This document shows positions 1-12,659 of a stretch of 64,000 bases of DNA, one piece after another. The position numbers and the translations under genes are program-made. The stretch comes from Lama glama (lineage: Eukaryota). The stretch is taken from NCBI GenBank assembly GCA_028534125.1, contig CM052816.1:71178001-71242000 (forward strand), read 5' to 3'. The notes beneath the pieces were generated by a model. It saw only the letters and a program-made list of their open reading frames with translations. It had not been told where the DNA came from and made no database searches. Each line of letters begins with the position of its first letter. The first letter of the stretch is position 1.

Positions 1-808
1 TGTATTTTCCAACATTTTTTAACCCTTGAACTTCCCCTAATCATCAGAAACTGAGCTGCTTCCCAGTAAAATGATCCAGAGACTAATCCAACTTAATGGC
101 AGACCTTAAATGCCCTTTTTTGCAGGTGAGCAACCTCATCAGAAGACATCTAGAAACGGGTCCTTGCTAGTCATCCCTACCTCAATCAAGATGCATTCTT
201 AGTCTCCAGCCTAATTCTTGGTGAAGGTGTTACTGGATCTGGGACCCAGGCTCTGCATCCTTCCTCTTCCTGCCACCACATGGTGTAGGGAAGACCAGTA
301 TGGTTTTTGGAAACTTAGGCAACATGCCTTTTTTCTGCTGTGTGACATATCATAGGCAACACCAGATGCTGCATGGCCAATTAAGGAGTGAATTTTTAGT
401 TTTATGGGTCATTCCATTGGAAAATTTACCTTCTTACCAGAATCTTGGAAGCTTGTAATCTTTACAGGTGGCATTATGAGAGTCACTAGACAAGCACAAA
501 TACAACTTTTTGAGTTAGCAGAGGCTTACCCTTGAAATTTATTTTCAGTAGTATCTTCTTCTGATGAACCCTTCGAATTTTGTGAAATACAGTGCATGCA
601 CATGAATTGATTGATTGGAACACTCTAGCCATCCTGAACACATCTCCACGTTTCCTCCCCCATCCAATCAGCAAGTGTGACAAGAACCTATGTTATAAAA
701 ATACTACACATCAAGAGGAGAAAGCTCATTTCTTTATTTAAAAGTATTTAAATAAAAAGAAATGCCGAAGACTATCACAATGATGCCTGGTCTAAACATA
801 AATAAAGA

Positions 809-940
809 GGGGTGGATATAGCTCAGTGGTAGTGTGTGCTCAGCATGCACAAGGTCCTGGGTTCAATCCCCAGTACCTCCATTTTTAAAAATAATAAATA
901 AACAAATAAATAAATATAATTACCTCCCCCCACCAAAAGA
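809..940 (+). mobile_element. tRNA-derived SINE, camelid vic-1 type
   Basis: GGGGTGGATATAGCTCAGTGGTAG (A-box) ... GGTCCTGGGTTCAATCCCCAGTACCTCC (B-box), then an A/T-rich linker and AATTACCTCCCCCC, as recalled for the vic-1 consensus. Confidence 0.88.
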
Positions 941-1025
941 AAGAGAGAGAGGGAGAAAGAGACAGTGAGAAAGAAAGAAAGAAAGAAAAAGAAAGAAAGA
1001 AAGGAAGGAAGGAAGGAAGGAAGGA

Positions 1026-1089
<64 letters not shown>

Positions 1090-1190
1090 AAAAAAGAAAG
1101 AAAGAAAAGAAAAGAAAAGAAAAGAAAAGAAAAGAAAAAGAAAGAATGAAAGAAAGAGGAAGGAAGGAAGGAAGAGGGAGAATATAAAAT
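936..1190 (+). repeat. Compound polypurine microsatellite (AAAG)n/(GGAA)n/(AAAAG)n grown from the SINE tail
   Basis: Directly visible; ~250 bp of almost only A/G. Confidence 0.97.
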
Positions 1191-2137
1191 AGGGAACAAT
1201 GACAAATGTTTGAATTTCAGTCAGAATCTACTTCTCTATGAATGTAATTATGAAAGTATTATACTATGATTGATAAAATCATCAATCATACTACTTTGAT
1301 AAAGTAAATCAAATAGTCTATGCATGTTACCTTCAGCTTACTATTTATTTTTGAAAGTATAAAATATGTGCGGTTGTTAAGAAATCCTTCATTAGTAGTA
1401 GTAATTATTTTCTGTAATCTGTCTTAGTTATCCATACCATCACCAATACTTTTCTTGTTTTCATAGATGTTTACCCTTTTGTCTGATGGGTTTTGTGGAT
1501 AAAAACGTGAGAGGATTAAATGGACAATGATCAGTTCCATTCAGTTCTAGAAGCTAAAATCTCTTCCTGCAGTTACAGATATAAGCTGCCTAATGCATAG
1601 TCTTCCTATTGAAAACTTTTGCTTGACATATTCGTTTCCCTAGTTAGTGTTTCATGTATAATTTCTCCATGTACGTCAACTACTGGATTCTCCAGACTCT
1701 GAAATTACACCATATTTCTGTTTCTGCATGTTGTGCTAGGATTCCTCTGACTGCGTTGCTTTAAATTAACAAGTTATAATATTTTGATTGGAAGTTCCTT
1801 TGGTAATTCATTGTCATCCATCACTCTATCCATGACAAAAGTGTCAACTTTCTCAGAATGTATTTCCTGAGATTGCTTCAATATACATACATTTTAAATT
1901 TTGTTGTTATATTTTGATCAGACAACTTTGAAGAAAGTGGTTTAAAAATGTGCACTCTCTGACTTTGCCTACTTCTCCTTGGTTTTATTTATTTGTTTTA
2001 TGTATTATAACTGTGTGGCTAATTGCATATTCATATACATGTAGTGTCATGTATAGTATATGCCTTCTTATTTCTGTCTATATTAGAGACTATGTATATA
2101 TATGTTAAATATATACATTTAGATTTAACCATATTTG

Positions 2138-2352
2138 TTCTGGAATTAGGCCAATAATGGAACTGAATCAAGTCTTTACCACTTAATAACTGTGTGATAG
2201 GGCAAGCCAGTCAAACCTTCTGTGCCTCAGTTTCCTCATCTGGAAAATATGAATGAAGGTAATAATAGTTTTATTACGAATATTGAAAGAGTTAATACCT
2301 AGAACATTACCAGGACTTACTTAGCACTCAATCAATGCCTGCTGTATTATTA
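2138..2352 (+). mobile_element. MIR SINE
   Basis: Core CTGTGTGA..GGGCAAG...CTGTGCCTCAGTTTCCTCATCTGGAAAAT and 3' AGCACTCAATCAATG. Confidence 0.85.
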
Positions 2353-2755
2353 TATATTATTCTGTCATTTTTAAGGCTTTGTACCCACAATTCTATTTGT
2401 GACATAAATACTACTTGCTTCATCTTATTAGTATTTGCACAGTATACTTTTTCTCATTTTCTTTATAGTCAATCTTCCATTTGGGTTTTGAATGTCTCTC
2501 TCATAGAAAGCACAGTTCAGTATGATTTTAAAGTTGTATTTTCTAGTTTTTTCTCTGGTTAACTGTTGTTACCATTGATGCTTAAAATTATTTTCCTAAT
2601 CAGATTAGAAATAATCAGTATTTATTTTATCTGGAATTTTAGTTCCAGGTTGTTTACTTTATAGAATCCGTTTACTGAGGAGTAACAAGTATCAATGAGT
2701 TTTATCCTTTCCCCTCTCTTTTCTACTGCTTCTTGAATCTGACTTCTTCCACTGC

Positions 2756-2793
2756 TGTTTGTTTGTTTGTTTGTTTGTTTGTTTGTTTGTTTT
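2756..2793 (+). repeat. (GTTT)n microsatellite
   Basis: Directly visible tetranucleotide run. Confidence 0.95.
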
Positions 2794-3105
2794 GGTAAAT
2801 TTTTCAGAAAAAGTTTTGTCACTTTGAAATGGTCTAAGTTTTTTCATGACCTCAGTGTTTACTTTGCTTTCATATATAACTGAATTTGGATGCCTATATT
2901 CAGAATTGTTTTTCTTCTGGAATTTGCAAGCATTTCTCCACTATCTTGAAGTAGCCATAGATGCTGTGAGAAATTTGAAGCTGGTGTGAGCCTCATTCCT
3001 TTGTAAGTAATCCAGGTATTCCCTTTAGGTTTTATTTTTATCATGGTGCCCTGCAGTCTTACTATGATGTGTCTAGGTGTGTGAGGTTTGAACACTTCTG
3101 CCCCA

Positions 3106-4148
3106 TGTTGGTAGGCTGAATTATTAGATGGTCTCATGACCTTAACCCCCTGCTGTCACTGTCATGACTGCTTTATGGCAAAAGAGTCTTTGCAGACACA
3201 ATTAAGGTTGTTAGTCAGTTGATCTTAAGGTAGCAAGATTATCTAGGTGGCTGGAAAGGCTCAGCTGGTAACAGAAGTAGAAGTTAGAGATTTGAAGCAA
3301 GAGAGAGAGTTACAGATTTGACAGGAGGGATGTTCTCTGTTGATGAGATAGAGGAAGCCATGGAGCAATGCTATGATTTTGTTAAATCATCATGTGTTAA
3401 GTAGAGCCCCAGGGGATCAGATGAGGAACCAACCCCGAGGTTCAACAAAAGATCACAAGAGGAACTGAGATAGAGAAGTTTATTATTCACAGGTCCTGGA
3501 AGAAGTACATGGCATACATACAGTGAGGTCAGGCTTCAGGGATAAAGAGCAGCAGGGTCTGCGGCACATGCCTTTAGGCTATTAGAGTAGAGAGCTTTGG
3601 TGTTCCCAGGCTAACTATAGATTGATCAAATGAAGAATGGCAGAGTTTTGGAAAGTTCCACAAGGGTCTTATCTAAGGGGTGCCCAAGGGGAAGTCTCTG
3701 AAGATGGAGGAGTGTCACAAGGGCCATTGAGAAATTATATTAGGAGCTTACATTTACTTGTGACTCTGAGGGCTTATCTAAGGCATGTGCTTCATGAGGG
3801 GCTAGTGTCAGTTTAAGGCCTCTGCAGGTTACTGGGGGAAACAAAGTAGATGCTATGGTAGCAATGTCGTAGAGTAACTCAGCCCTGGACAGGCAAAGCC
3901 CGGCTGAGAGTGGGTCTCAGTCCCGCAGCCGCAGTGAACTGAACTCTACCAAAGACCTGAATGAACATAGAAGCAGATTCTTCTCAGAGCCTGCAGATAA
4001 GAGCCCAGCTGGGCTGACAGCTTGATCCTGGTACTGTAAGACCCCCAGCAAAGAGCCCAGTTGAGCCCATGTGGACTTCTCACTTATAGAACTGAGCTGA
4101 TGAGTGGCTGTAGTTTTAGTTTACTACATTTATAGCAATTTGCTTTTG
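3106..4148 (+). mobile_element. MLT1 (MLT1E-like) MaLR LTR, split by a nested LTR at 3369-3891
   Basis: Starts TGTTGGTAGGCTGAAT; contains TTTGCAGA..TAATTAAGG; after the insert, GAAGCAGATTCTTCTCAGAGCCT and CTGACAGCTTGAT match MLT1. Confidence 0.8.
3369..3891 (-). mobile_element. Solo ERV LTR (ERVL class, subfamily uncertain) nested in MLT1
   Basis: TG...CA termini, 5-bp TSD AGCAA/GGCAA, TTTATT (minus-strand polyA signal) near 3478; homologous along its length to 29215-29762. Confidence 0.75.
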
Positions 4149-4267
4149 ACTCAATTCATTCAAATTATAAATAAGGAGACATCAGTTACAGGGCTTCTAG
4201 GAAAGTTCTTCGGCCCTCAACACATGAACAGATGTTAAGAATTCTTTTTTTTACCATTCCTTCACGT

Positions 4268-5200
4268 GTTTTTTTAATTAGTAGACTTTATTTTCTAGAG
4301 CAATTTTACATTTACAGAAAAACTGAGTGAAAAGTACAGAGAGTTCCCATATACCCCCTTCTCCTCTCCCTTCCTACATAATTTGCATAAGTTCACTCTT
4401 TGTTTTATATATTCTGTTTATCTTGGCAAATGTATGGCATATATCCACCAACACAGCATCATGCAGAATAGTTTCTTTGCCCTAAAAATCCTTTCTCCTC
4501 CACCTATTCATCCCTCCTTCCCTCCCTTCCCTTGGGACCCTGGCAACCACCATTCTTTTTACTGTCTCCATAGTTTTTCCTTTTCCAGAATGTCATATAG
4601 TTGGAATCATATAGCAGATCAGTTTAAGATTCAGCCATATCTTTTCCTGGCTTGGTGGCATACTTCTTTTTAGCACAGTATAATAGTCCACTGTCTGGAT
4701 TTACCATAGGTTATTTATCCACTCACTTATTGAAGGACATCTTGGTAGCTTTCAAGTTTTGGCGGTTACAAATAAAGTTGCAATAAGTATCTGTGTGGGT
4801 TTTCATGTGGACTTAATTTTCAGTTTATTAGGGTAAACACCAAGAAGTGCGACTGCTGGATCATAGGATCAGTTTATGTTTGGTTTTGTAAGAGACTCAA
4901 ACTGTCTTCCAAAGTGGCTGAACTATATTGCTTTCCCATCAGCAATAAATGGAGACTTCCTGTTGCTTCACATCCTTACCAGCATTTGGTGTTATCAGTG
5001 TTTTGAATTTTAGCCATTCTAATAGGCATGTAGTGGTATCTCACTGTTGTTTTAATTTACTATTCAGCTATGACATGTGATGTTGAATATCTTTTCATAT
5101 GTTTTTGGGCCTTCTGTATATCTTCTTTGGTGAGGTGCCCGTTTTTGAATCTTCCTATTCATGAACATGGAATATCTGTTTGTTTAGACCTTTGATTTTA
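4268..5200 (-). mobile_element. L1 3' end (L1MC1-like)
   Basis: T-tract, then AGACTTTATTTTCTAGAGCAATTTTA..AGTACAGAGAGTTCCCATATACCCC, and ORF2-end motifs TTCCAAAGTGGCTG and TTAGCCATTCTAATAGG. Confidence 0.88.
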
Positions 5201-6178
5201 AAGTAAATTTTTTGATACTCCTATAGCCCTTTACTTTGTGGGTGATGGAGAATTCATGCTGAGTGCTGAAATCTGTCACCCTAGACTTTCTAACTTTCAC
5301 CCATGCTTCTGATTCCATGACATGGAATATACCCTGAAATCTTATTTGGACTTATTCTTACATATATCAGTGCTATAACAGGGACAGGGCTGACTGCCCT
5401 TTGTAGTGTGATCTCTAGTTCCAAGATCACACTGCCTCTGAATTCTTCACTTAACTGCCTTTTGTGATTCGTCACGTCATTGCCCTTGTTAAAATTCTTC
5501 ACATTTATAGTTTTCCTTACGTTCTGATGGGTTCACTCACTCCTCACATTAGCCGGCTATGCTACAGAGAATGAAAGAAGCGGGGCGTGAGGGGTGTAAA
5601 AGGGAAAGCTTGAGGGTGAAAGATTTTTGGCACCTGTGTGTGGGTTGTTATTTACACTCTTGAGTCTGCTTCAGGGAGCTTAGTAATATTCATTGTTCTA
5701 CAGTTTGCCATAAAATCAGCTGGTGGGTAATGTTTTATGGGAATCCTAATCAGGAGATTCACAGACTTACAGAAAAAAAGAAATATGTATATATATACCA
5801 GCCACCAACAACAATACCCTTAAGTAAATAACATGAAACAAAAACTATAGGAAGATTGAGAATCATTTCAGTCTTACACAGACATAAACTTTCTATCTCA
5901 AAAAAAGACAATGCCCATATATTTTTGAGTTGGGTAAGAATTCTATTTTATCTCGGTTCTGCTATTTATTGCAAAATATTTCCAAGACATTACATTGAAA
6001 GGAAAATAGATCACATACTAAGTCGTTTTCCTTGATGTCAGTAATTGTTTTTGAAATGCATTAAAATTCTCCCAATCTTGGATTTTATTTAGGGTTGCTT
6101 TTCTTTCTGTGCACCAAATGGAGTTACGAATTTTCTGGAGAACAATGTGCATCTATCCTATAAACAATTGGATTTTCT

Positions 6179-6483
6179 TTTTTATTGAAGTATAATTGAC
6201 TTACAATGTTGTGTTAATTTCTGGTGTACAGCATAGTGTTTCAGTTTACATAAATATATTCCTTTTCATTTTTTTTCATTATAGGTTATTACAAGCTATT
6301 AAAAGTAGATGCCTATGCTGTATAGTAGAACCTTGTTGTGTATCTATTTTAGTATCTGCAAATACTATGGTATGGTATTTATGGTAGGTAGAACCTGCAA
6401 ATCCCAAACTCTCCATTTATCTGTCCATCTCCCCACTTCCCCCTCTAGTAACCATAAGTTTGTTTTCTGTGTCTACGAGTCTT
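6179..6483 (-). mobile_element. 5'-truncated cetartiodactyl-type L1 3' UTR
   Basis: TTTTATTGAAGTATAATTGACTTACAATGTTGTGTTAATTTCTGGTGTACAGC...TAACCATAAGTTTGTTTTCT; degenerate TSD AACAATTGGATTTTCT (6163-6178) / AACAGCTGGATCTTCT (6484-6499). Confidence 0.88.
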
Positions 6484-6729
6484 AACAGCTGGATCTTCTG
6501 TGTTTGCTTCATGTGCTACAGGAAAAAAAGAAACTTAACAAACTATAAGATACAGAAAATTTTTATATCCAGCCTCACTTTCCTACTGAACCAATCAAAT
6601 TCCCCTGGTCACTGACTCTGCCAGGAGACCAGCTTGGACAGAGCTGGTTTAATAATCCAGGCCTGAAACCACCCTATCACCAAATCCTCCCCAACAAAAC
6701 TTCCTAAAACCTGAGTTTTATAGTTTTAA

Positions 6730-6945
6730 TTTGTCCCTTTATAGAGAAGGTGTTTTTTTTTTTCCCTCTGACTTGTTTCAGGAAATTTTCTTTGTCTTTG
6801 ATTTTCTGAAGTTTTAATATGATTTGTTATTGACATTAAGGCAGGCAAATTCTCACTCATTATTATCTCAAATATTTCCTCTGTTCTTTTTTTCTTTCTT
6901 CTGCGTATGGTATCCTTATTACATGTATGTTACATCTTTTTGTAA
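6730..6945 (-). mobile_element. Old L1 ORF1-region fragment
   Basis: TTTTCTTTGTCTTTGATTTTCTGAAGTTTTAATATGAT and ATTATTATCTCAAATATTT resemble antisense L1M ORF1. Confidence 0.65.
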
Positions 6946-7388
6946 GTGGTATACTGAAGATAAAAGAAACACAGAATGGGTAGTAGAAGAAGGTATTTAC
7001 AAATATTTACAACTGTATTTACAGTTACAACTATGTGACTAGTTAGAGAAACAAGAACAGTAACTGTTATAAGTTTTGAGTGTATGTGTGAGTGTGTGTA
7101 CAGAAAATATCTATTTTTTTCTCTCTTAACCCTGTATCATGTAACAAAAGATGCAGTAACTTTATATCATAGTATTTAATTATTGTTAACTTTACATCAC
7201 AGTATTTAAGTCACAAGGAGAAGAATTTACATCACTTGCCTTCTCTTTTGGGGAAAGGGTTAATGAATTTCCAGATTTCCGAGGATAGTTGTATCATGTT
7301 AGACTAGGTATGACATTATTATCTTAACTTAGAGATTAAGTATGGGTTCAAGGGATGCATGTTGCTGCCAAGTTGTCTAGCAGTGGTT
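6946..7388 (+). mobile_element. ERV-L internal 3' region (end of pol/dUTPase ORF and polypurine-tract region)
   Basis: Peptide EDKRNTEWVVEEGIYKY resembles the ERV-L pol C-terminus; TGCCAAGTTG..GTGG sits just before the LTR. Confidence 0.8.
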
Positions 7389-7524
7389 TGTAATGGTTTA
7401 ATTTATGTGCTGACTTGGTCAGGCTATGGTGCCCCAATTGTTTCATCAAACACTAGTCTTGATGTTGCTGTGATGATACTTTTTAAAAATGTGATTAATA
7501 TTTAAATCAGTAGGCTTTGAGTAA
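7389..7524 (+). mobile_element. MLT2 LTR 5' portion (3' LTR of the ERV-L remnant)
   Basis: TGTAATGGTTTAATTTATGTG..ACTTGG..AGGCTATGGTGCCC..TCAAACACTAGTCT.GATGTTGCTGTG. Confidence 0.85.
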
Positions 7525-9289
7525 TCAGGCCTACAACTGCCTGGTCCCTTCTTAACTTGCTAGCTGAGGCTATTTCTCCATGACTCCTGCCTTCAGAAAT
7601 CTCAGAGGCAAGTACCATCATCTCTGTTCACTTTTGCCCCCAAATTAGGAAGAGCTTGTAAGAGGTTCCTAAGGATTATGTGAACACATTTGACAAGAAT
7701 AAAACCACCTGATGGGATTATAGATTCAGCAGGTCAGAAAAATGCCCAGTTAGAAAACAAGAACCCAGTCTCCCACTGTTGTCGTCAGACAACTTCCTGC
7801 GTGGTTTTTTGCTGTCCTCTCTGACTTCTCTTCTTGGCTCAGAGGTGGTGCAAGCCTCGCAAACAGCCATTGCTCACAAGGCCTGTTACTCCCGCTCTCT
7901 CTCTCCTGTTGTGGTGCTTGTTTGTTTGCTGTAAACATGGACTTGAGAGTAAATATTGCGGTGATAGCTGATGGCACGAAGTCTGAATTCTACTGCCTCT
8001 TAGTGAACCCTCGCAGGAACTGCTTTCTCTCAACTATAACAACGTTTCTCATCAAGGAAACTTAGTACCTCCTTCTTTTAGCATTAAGATTTATCCTCAT
8101 TTAATGACAAAGAAAGCCATCTCATTCAACTTCCTTGTACACTCCATAGAGTATGTTGTAAATTATTGGTATGAGATGATTTTGACAGTCCTCAGAAGCT
8201 TTTATAAACATGTGTTTCACTTAGTTTTATATTTAATTTAGTTTTCATTATAGCCTTATGAAGCTTACATTTCAGCTAAAGTTTACTAATTCTATTGTCA
8301 GAATCATGATTTTGTCTTTTTACATATAATTCCCTTGGCCTAAAATGTATGTTCCCAACCTTCTTGTCTCCTTTTTCTGCCATTACGCAGTCTTTCATGC
8401 TGTCCACACCTTGAACATCTACAATCCACCCGAAGACAGTGCACACTCTTCCAGTATAAGGCAGCAGAACCTCATTTGATCTGAATGCAGTGTCAACTCA
8501 GTACATAAAACTCCAAGTTAAATTAAGGAGATAAAAAGCAGTATATATTTTCTGAAATTTTTTTGGCATGTGCTCTTAACAAAATTCAATTTTCTCTTTG
8601 TTTCCTAAGTAGGTTGTTTAAGGATTGGTCCACAAAATTCAGGTGTTAATTCTCAGTGAAAATGTTTTCTCCCCTGCAGAAAGTTGAATGCCATTGAGCT
8701 TGATTTATTTTAAATAGTATTTTATTGTTTACATGTGTGTCTGCATGCATGCATATGTATGGACTTTGAAGAAATGTTAGAAATAATAAATGAGCTAATT
8801 AAGATCAAATGAGCCATAATTGCATTACTTTACTAGTATGCCTTGTTAATGGAGATTAATGTTGGAGGTGATGTAACTATTAATATATTTTATTCAGAAA
8901 AAGACTATACCAGGCATCCTTTTTATCAAATCTTTTTTATTTCACATATATTTAATAATATATTTGGAATACAATTTTAATTCAATTAATTGATTTTTAG
9001 AATACCATATTTTTCATAGCATCACCATATTTAGTTGCCTAGAAGTAACAGAGTATACATATTTCATTTTCTCTTTTGGAGCAATTTGGTTATTGTTTCC
9101 AGCATGTTAAAAATTATATTAGAAAGTCTAATTGTACCTACATTTTAAATTATATCCTTACTTACAGAATAATTTCACAAAAATTGAATTGTACAGTCAA
9201 ATGTCAATTACCACTAATTTTGTTTTGAATATACTGCAGTTAGGAAGAGGTAAGTAGATATGGCCAAAGCACCATTAAGAATATTGCCT

Positions 9290-9715
9290 AAAGCTCCCAA
9301 AACAGTGGCAAGATAGAGAGCACATGAGAGCTGACGTGGTTCACCCTGGACTAGATCTTTGAGGAAGCCAAGGGAAGACAGGGGAAGGACAGAAAGGATG
9401 AATAGAGGGAGAACTTTGGGGATCATCTATATTTAAGAAAAAAAAAAAAAGACTGGCAAGCAGAAATGAGAAGAAAATCTCAGAAAGAATGATGTAGTGT
9501 GCTTTTGTATAAAGTAAAATAGGGAGTTTTAAGAAGGATGTAAGCAATAGTTTGAGTGACCTAGAAACAAACATCAAGGAATTGTAAGCCATACGTCCAT
9601 TCATTGAGTTTTTCTTAATTCAACCAGTATTTACTGAAAGCCAACTCTGTATCAGGCATTATGGGCATGAACACAGATAAATTAGAAATACCTTCTTCTC
9701 TCAGGAAGCTTAGGC
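9290..9715 (-). mobile_element. L2 fragments including the 3' end
   Basis: Purine-rich antisense L2 body, then CATTCATT..TTCAACCAGTATTTACTGA..CTCTGTATCAGGCA. Confidence 0.6.
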
Positions 9716-9724
9716 TAGATTCTC

Positions 9725-9834
9725 CCAGAATCTAACCACTAGATTCCAGGAGGCCCCTGTTCCCTAATTATGACAACCAAAATGTCTCCAGGTATTGCCA
9801 AACATTTCCTACTGGTCAAGATCAGAGAACCACC
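9725..9834 (+). mobile_element. MER20 hAT DNA transposon fragment
   Basis: ACCACTAGAT.CCAG...TGACAACCAAAATGTCTCCAG..ATTGCCAAA...GAGAACCAC. Confidence 0.8.
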
Positions 9835-12659
9835 AATTTAAACTAGTAGCTCTTTAAATCAGCTAGCCAAGGTTCTCAAGAAACTTATTCCTGTTAAAAT
9901 AAGGATGCAGTCAACTCTAATACTAAATAGAAAGGTAAATGTAGCAAAACAGTGACACTATTACATAATCAAGGGGCTCTGAGATTATTTAGATGAAGGA
10001 AAAATGTAATAATTAATATTAATTATTTTTAATAAATGTTTGGCATAGAGTTAAGTGGAAAATTCATGGATATAAAAGCTGATTAAGTGTTGCTTCAAAA
10101 TTTTCTATTTCCGCAATGACAAGCTTTCCAAAATACTGTCAGTTGACTCATTTATTAAACTATCAACAGATCTAATAATTATGCAGTATTAGACAACCTT
10201 AAATATTATTAAAGTGCAACATTTCTTGAGTTCATATAAAACAAATTTGAATTTCTTGATAAATAAGGGATAAAAAGAAAGTGAAAAATCTAACAAATAA
10301 ATTAATAGCATAGATTAAGAAAAAATTTAGTTTGATTATTTGTAAGTATTTTTTGCATTTACTAGGTGATCTTCAAATATATTCTATATTCTTCATCAGT
10401 AGAAATTATATGTGCCTTACATTTTACTGTTCTTCCTCAAAAGTCCTTTCAGAGCACTGAAAACGTAAGTGCTTAACCAACCAATGAAGAATTGGAGAGA
10501 AATGATTTTAGAGAAAACAGTATAAATTTCACTGTTTCTGTTGCTTGAGCCAACAAAACTGCTTTATTTGCCAGTGTTGTTTTTCACATATGAGAACAAA
10601 AGTAAAGATAAATATGTCCTATATAGCCCCCACTAAAAAATCTTTTTAATTAATTCATTTACCTTCACTCATTCATAAACCATTTTTGGTTTTGAAAATG
10701 TAACTTGACCTTATTTGCTACTCTAGCCGTATGCTTTAAAGTAAAGTTCTTATTCTTGCAGTCTTGGAAAACTGAGGGACGATGTCTGAGTGAAGGACTC
10801 TTCTATTGCCGGTTGGACAGTTAAATGCTACTTCAATATCTCTAATAGAGGTGTAAGTGTTGCAAAGCTCATTCCTTGATGTTTAAATATGCACTTTCAT
10901 TACTCTTCTTTTGATAGATTCTGATCCTTTTATGACCTAGATTTTATTTATGTTATGTATTTTTTTTTTGCTTATGCAAATCTATCAGTGGGAGAGCTAT
11001 CTTCAACCTTTAAGGTCAAAATACAATTCAGAACACATACATCCAAGATACCTAAGAGGCGTGACATTTTACATCAGACACATACGAGAGTGGAGGAGAA
11101 AAAAAGATATATTTTATATACTCAACAGCAAAACATACTTTTGAGAATAAATGACGTATATGTAATGCTTTGCAAATGAAAAACAAAATGAGAGAATAAT
11201 TGACATTTCAGTATGAGGTTCCAAGAGGCTGAATAAATCATATTTTAATATTTAAATTAGATAAGTAGTTTTACATCCTGAAATTTTTATTCTAAAAATA
11301 TTATTATTGTGGTTTATCTATAACATTGTATTTCAGATTTTCATGGATTACAGTTCTCCTGCCAATCAATGTGTTGACTGTTATCCCAGTGTTATACTGT
11401 TACAAACAGAAATGTCATGATCTCACTTGTAACACTGCCACTAATAGTGTTTATAATATTCACTATATGTGTAAAGCATGATTGTAATAGGCACATATTT
11501 ATGCACATTTGATTGTGATCTTATATTCTAACATTTAATTCATTGTCCAAATCAATAAAGTTACTTTTACAAATGTGTAACTCCTAAGGGAAAATGCATC
11601 TTTAAAAAACATAACTTTTGAAACATCCACATTCACCGTTAGAAGCATGCATGCATATTGAATCCACATGGCTTTAAACAAAAAGGAAAATACTAACAAC
11701 AAAATAGGCTCCCTACAACACTAATTTGTGCTATCTAAATACACATGGGGGAATTAACACACTATATTCTTCTATTTCTGTTTATAAATAGAAATTTAAG
11801 TAATTAAGTAATGGCTTACAGAGTAGGATATTCATATTCTGGAAATATTTGGGAGAAAGCCTTTGACATACTGGAGGAAGATATATAAACTATATCACTG
11901 CTCAGGAATATTTAGAATATTTCAGATACTAGAAATGACATAGTCTTTGTGTATGGTATGCCTTTAGTACAATTTAGACCACCATTTGTCCTCAAGTAGG
12001 TCTATTTAAAGTATAATTGAGTGCCCTAGCAATTATTGTGAATAGCAGCTGTCTGCTGGTAAAAAGGCATATATATAATGAGGGAGAAAGGATCAAATAC
12101 ATGCAATAGAAAAGAAAAGCATAAAGAAAATATCTATATGAGGTATTTTAGCCCAGATTTTATACTTGAAAGGGACAAGGCCTATTAGCCATTTCCAATT
12201 AGGGACTATAAAAAAATGAATGAAAGTACTCATCTATTTATGAAAAGCAGCTGGGACTCCCTAAATCCAAAACTAGCAAAAGTTTATTTGTTCTAAAATT
12301 GTTACAGCTTACAGCATTTCATTTATTTTCATTGGCTATGTTAGGTTTTGTGAAAACCTTTCTTGTATCATGTACCTTCTGCAACGCACAAAAACACCTT
12401 GCTTTGTTTTTCCCCTAAATAGCTACATAATTAGATGGATTATTTCATGTGTCTGTGCCTGTGTTTGCTGAAGAGAACAAGCCAGATAAATTAGCACTTA
12501 GCAGAACTCACAATAGCACATAATATGCCCTTGTGTTTCATATAAAGCTTTATTTGTCATTCACGGCTGGTTGGCAAAACTGACTTTGCTTTTGAAAATG
12601 ACAGGTGGTACTCTGGTGAGCTCTGTATGGAAAAAGAAACAACCTTCACCAAGACAGTT

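Larger units (their letters stand above)
1850..3105 (-). mobile_element. Ancient L1 (L1M/L1ME-type) ORF1 to ORF2-start remnant, interrupted by a MIR
   Basis: The minus-strand translation at 2859-3137 contains HTPRHIIVRL...ITYKGMRLT..NFS, typical of L1 ORF1p; the T-rich flank resembles the antisense ORF2 5' region. Confidence 0.75.

Noticed and set aside
809..880. tRNA gene (also 30032-30110)
   Set aside because: A- and B-boxes are present, but the A-tail, TSD and diverged stems show these are SINEs
885..1205. 106-aa Phe/Ser/Leu-rich and 75-aa Lys/Glu/Arg-rich ORFs
   Set aside because: Translations of the (AAAG)n microsatellite on the two strands
2859..3137. 92-aa ORF as a functional gene
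   Set aside because: Frameshifted L1 ORF1p remnant whose start lies in the adjacent MLT1
11774..11795. 22-bp near-palindrome containing a MEF2-like site
   Set aside because: Almost all A/T in an AT-rich region; expected by chance
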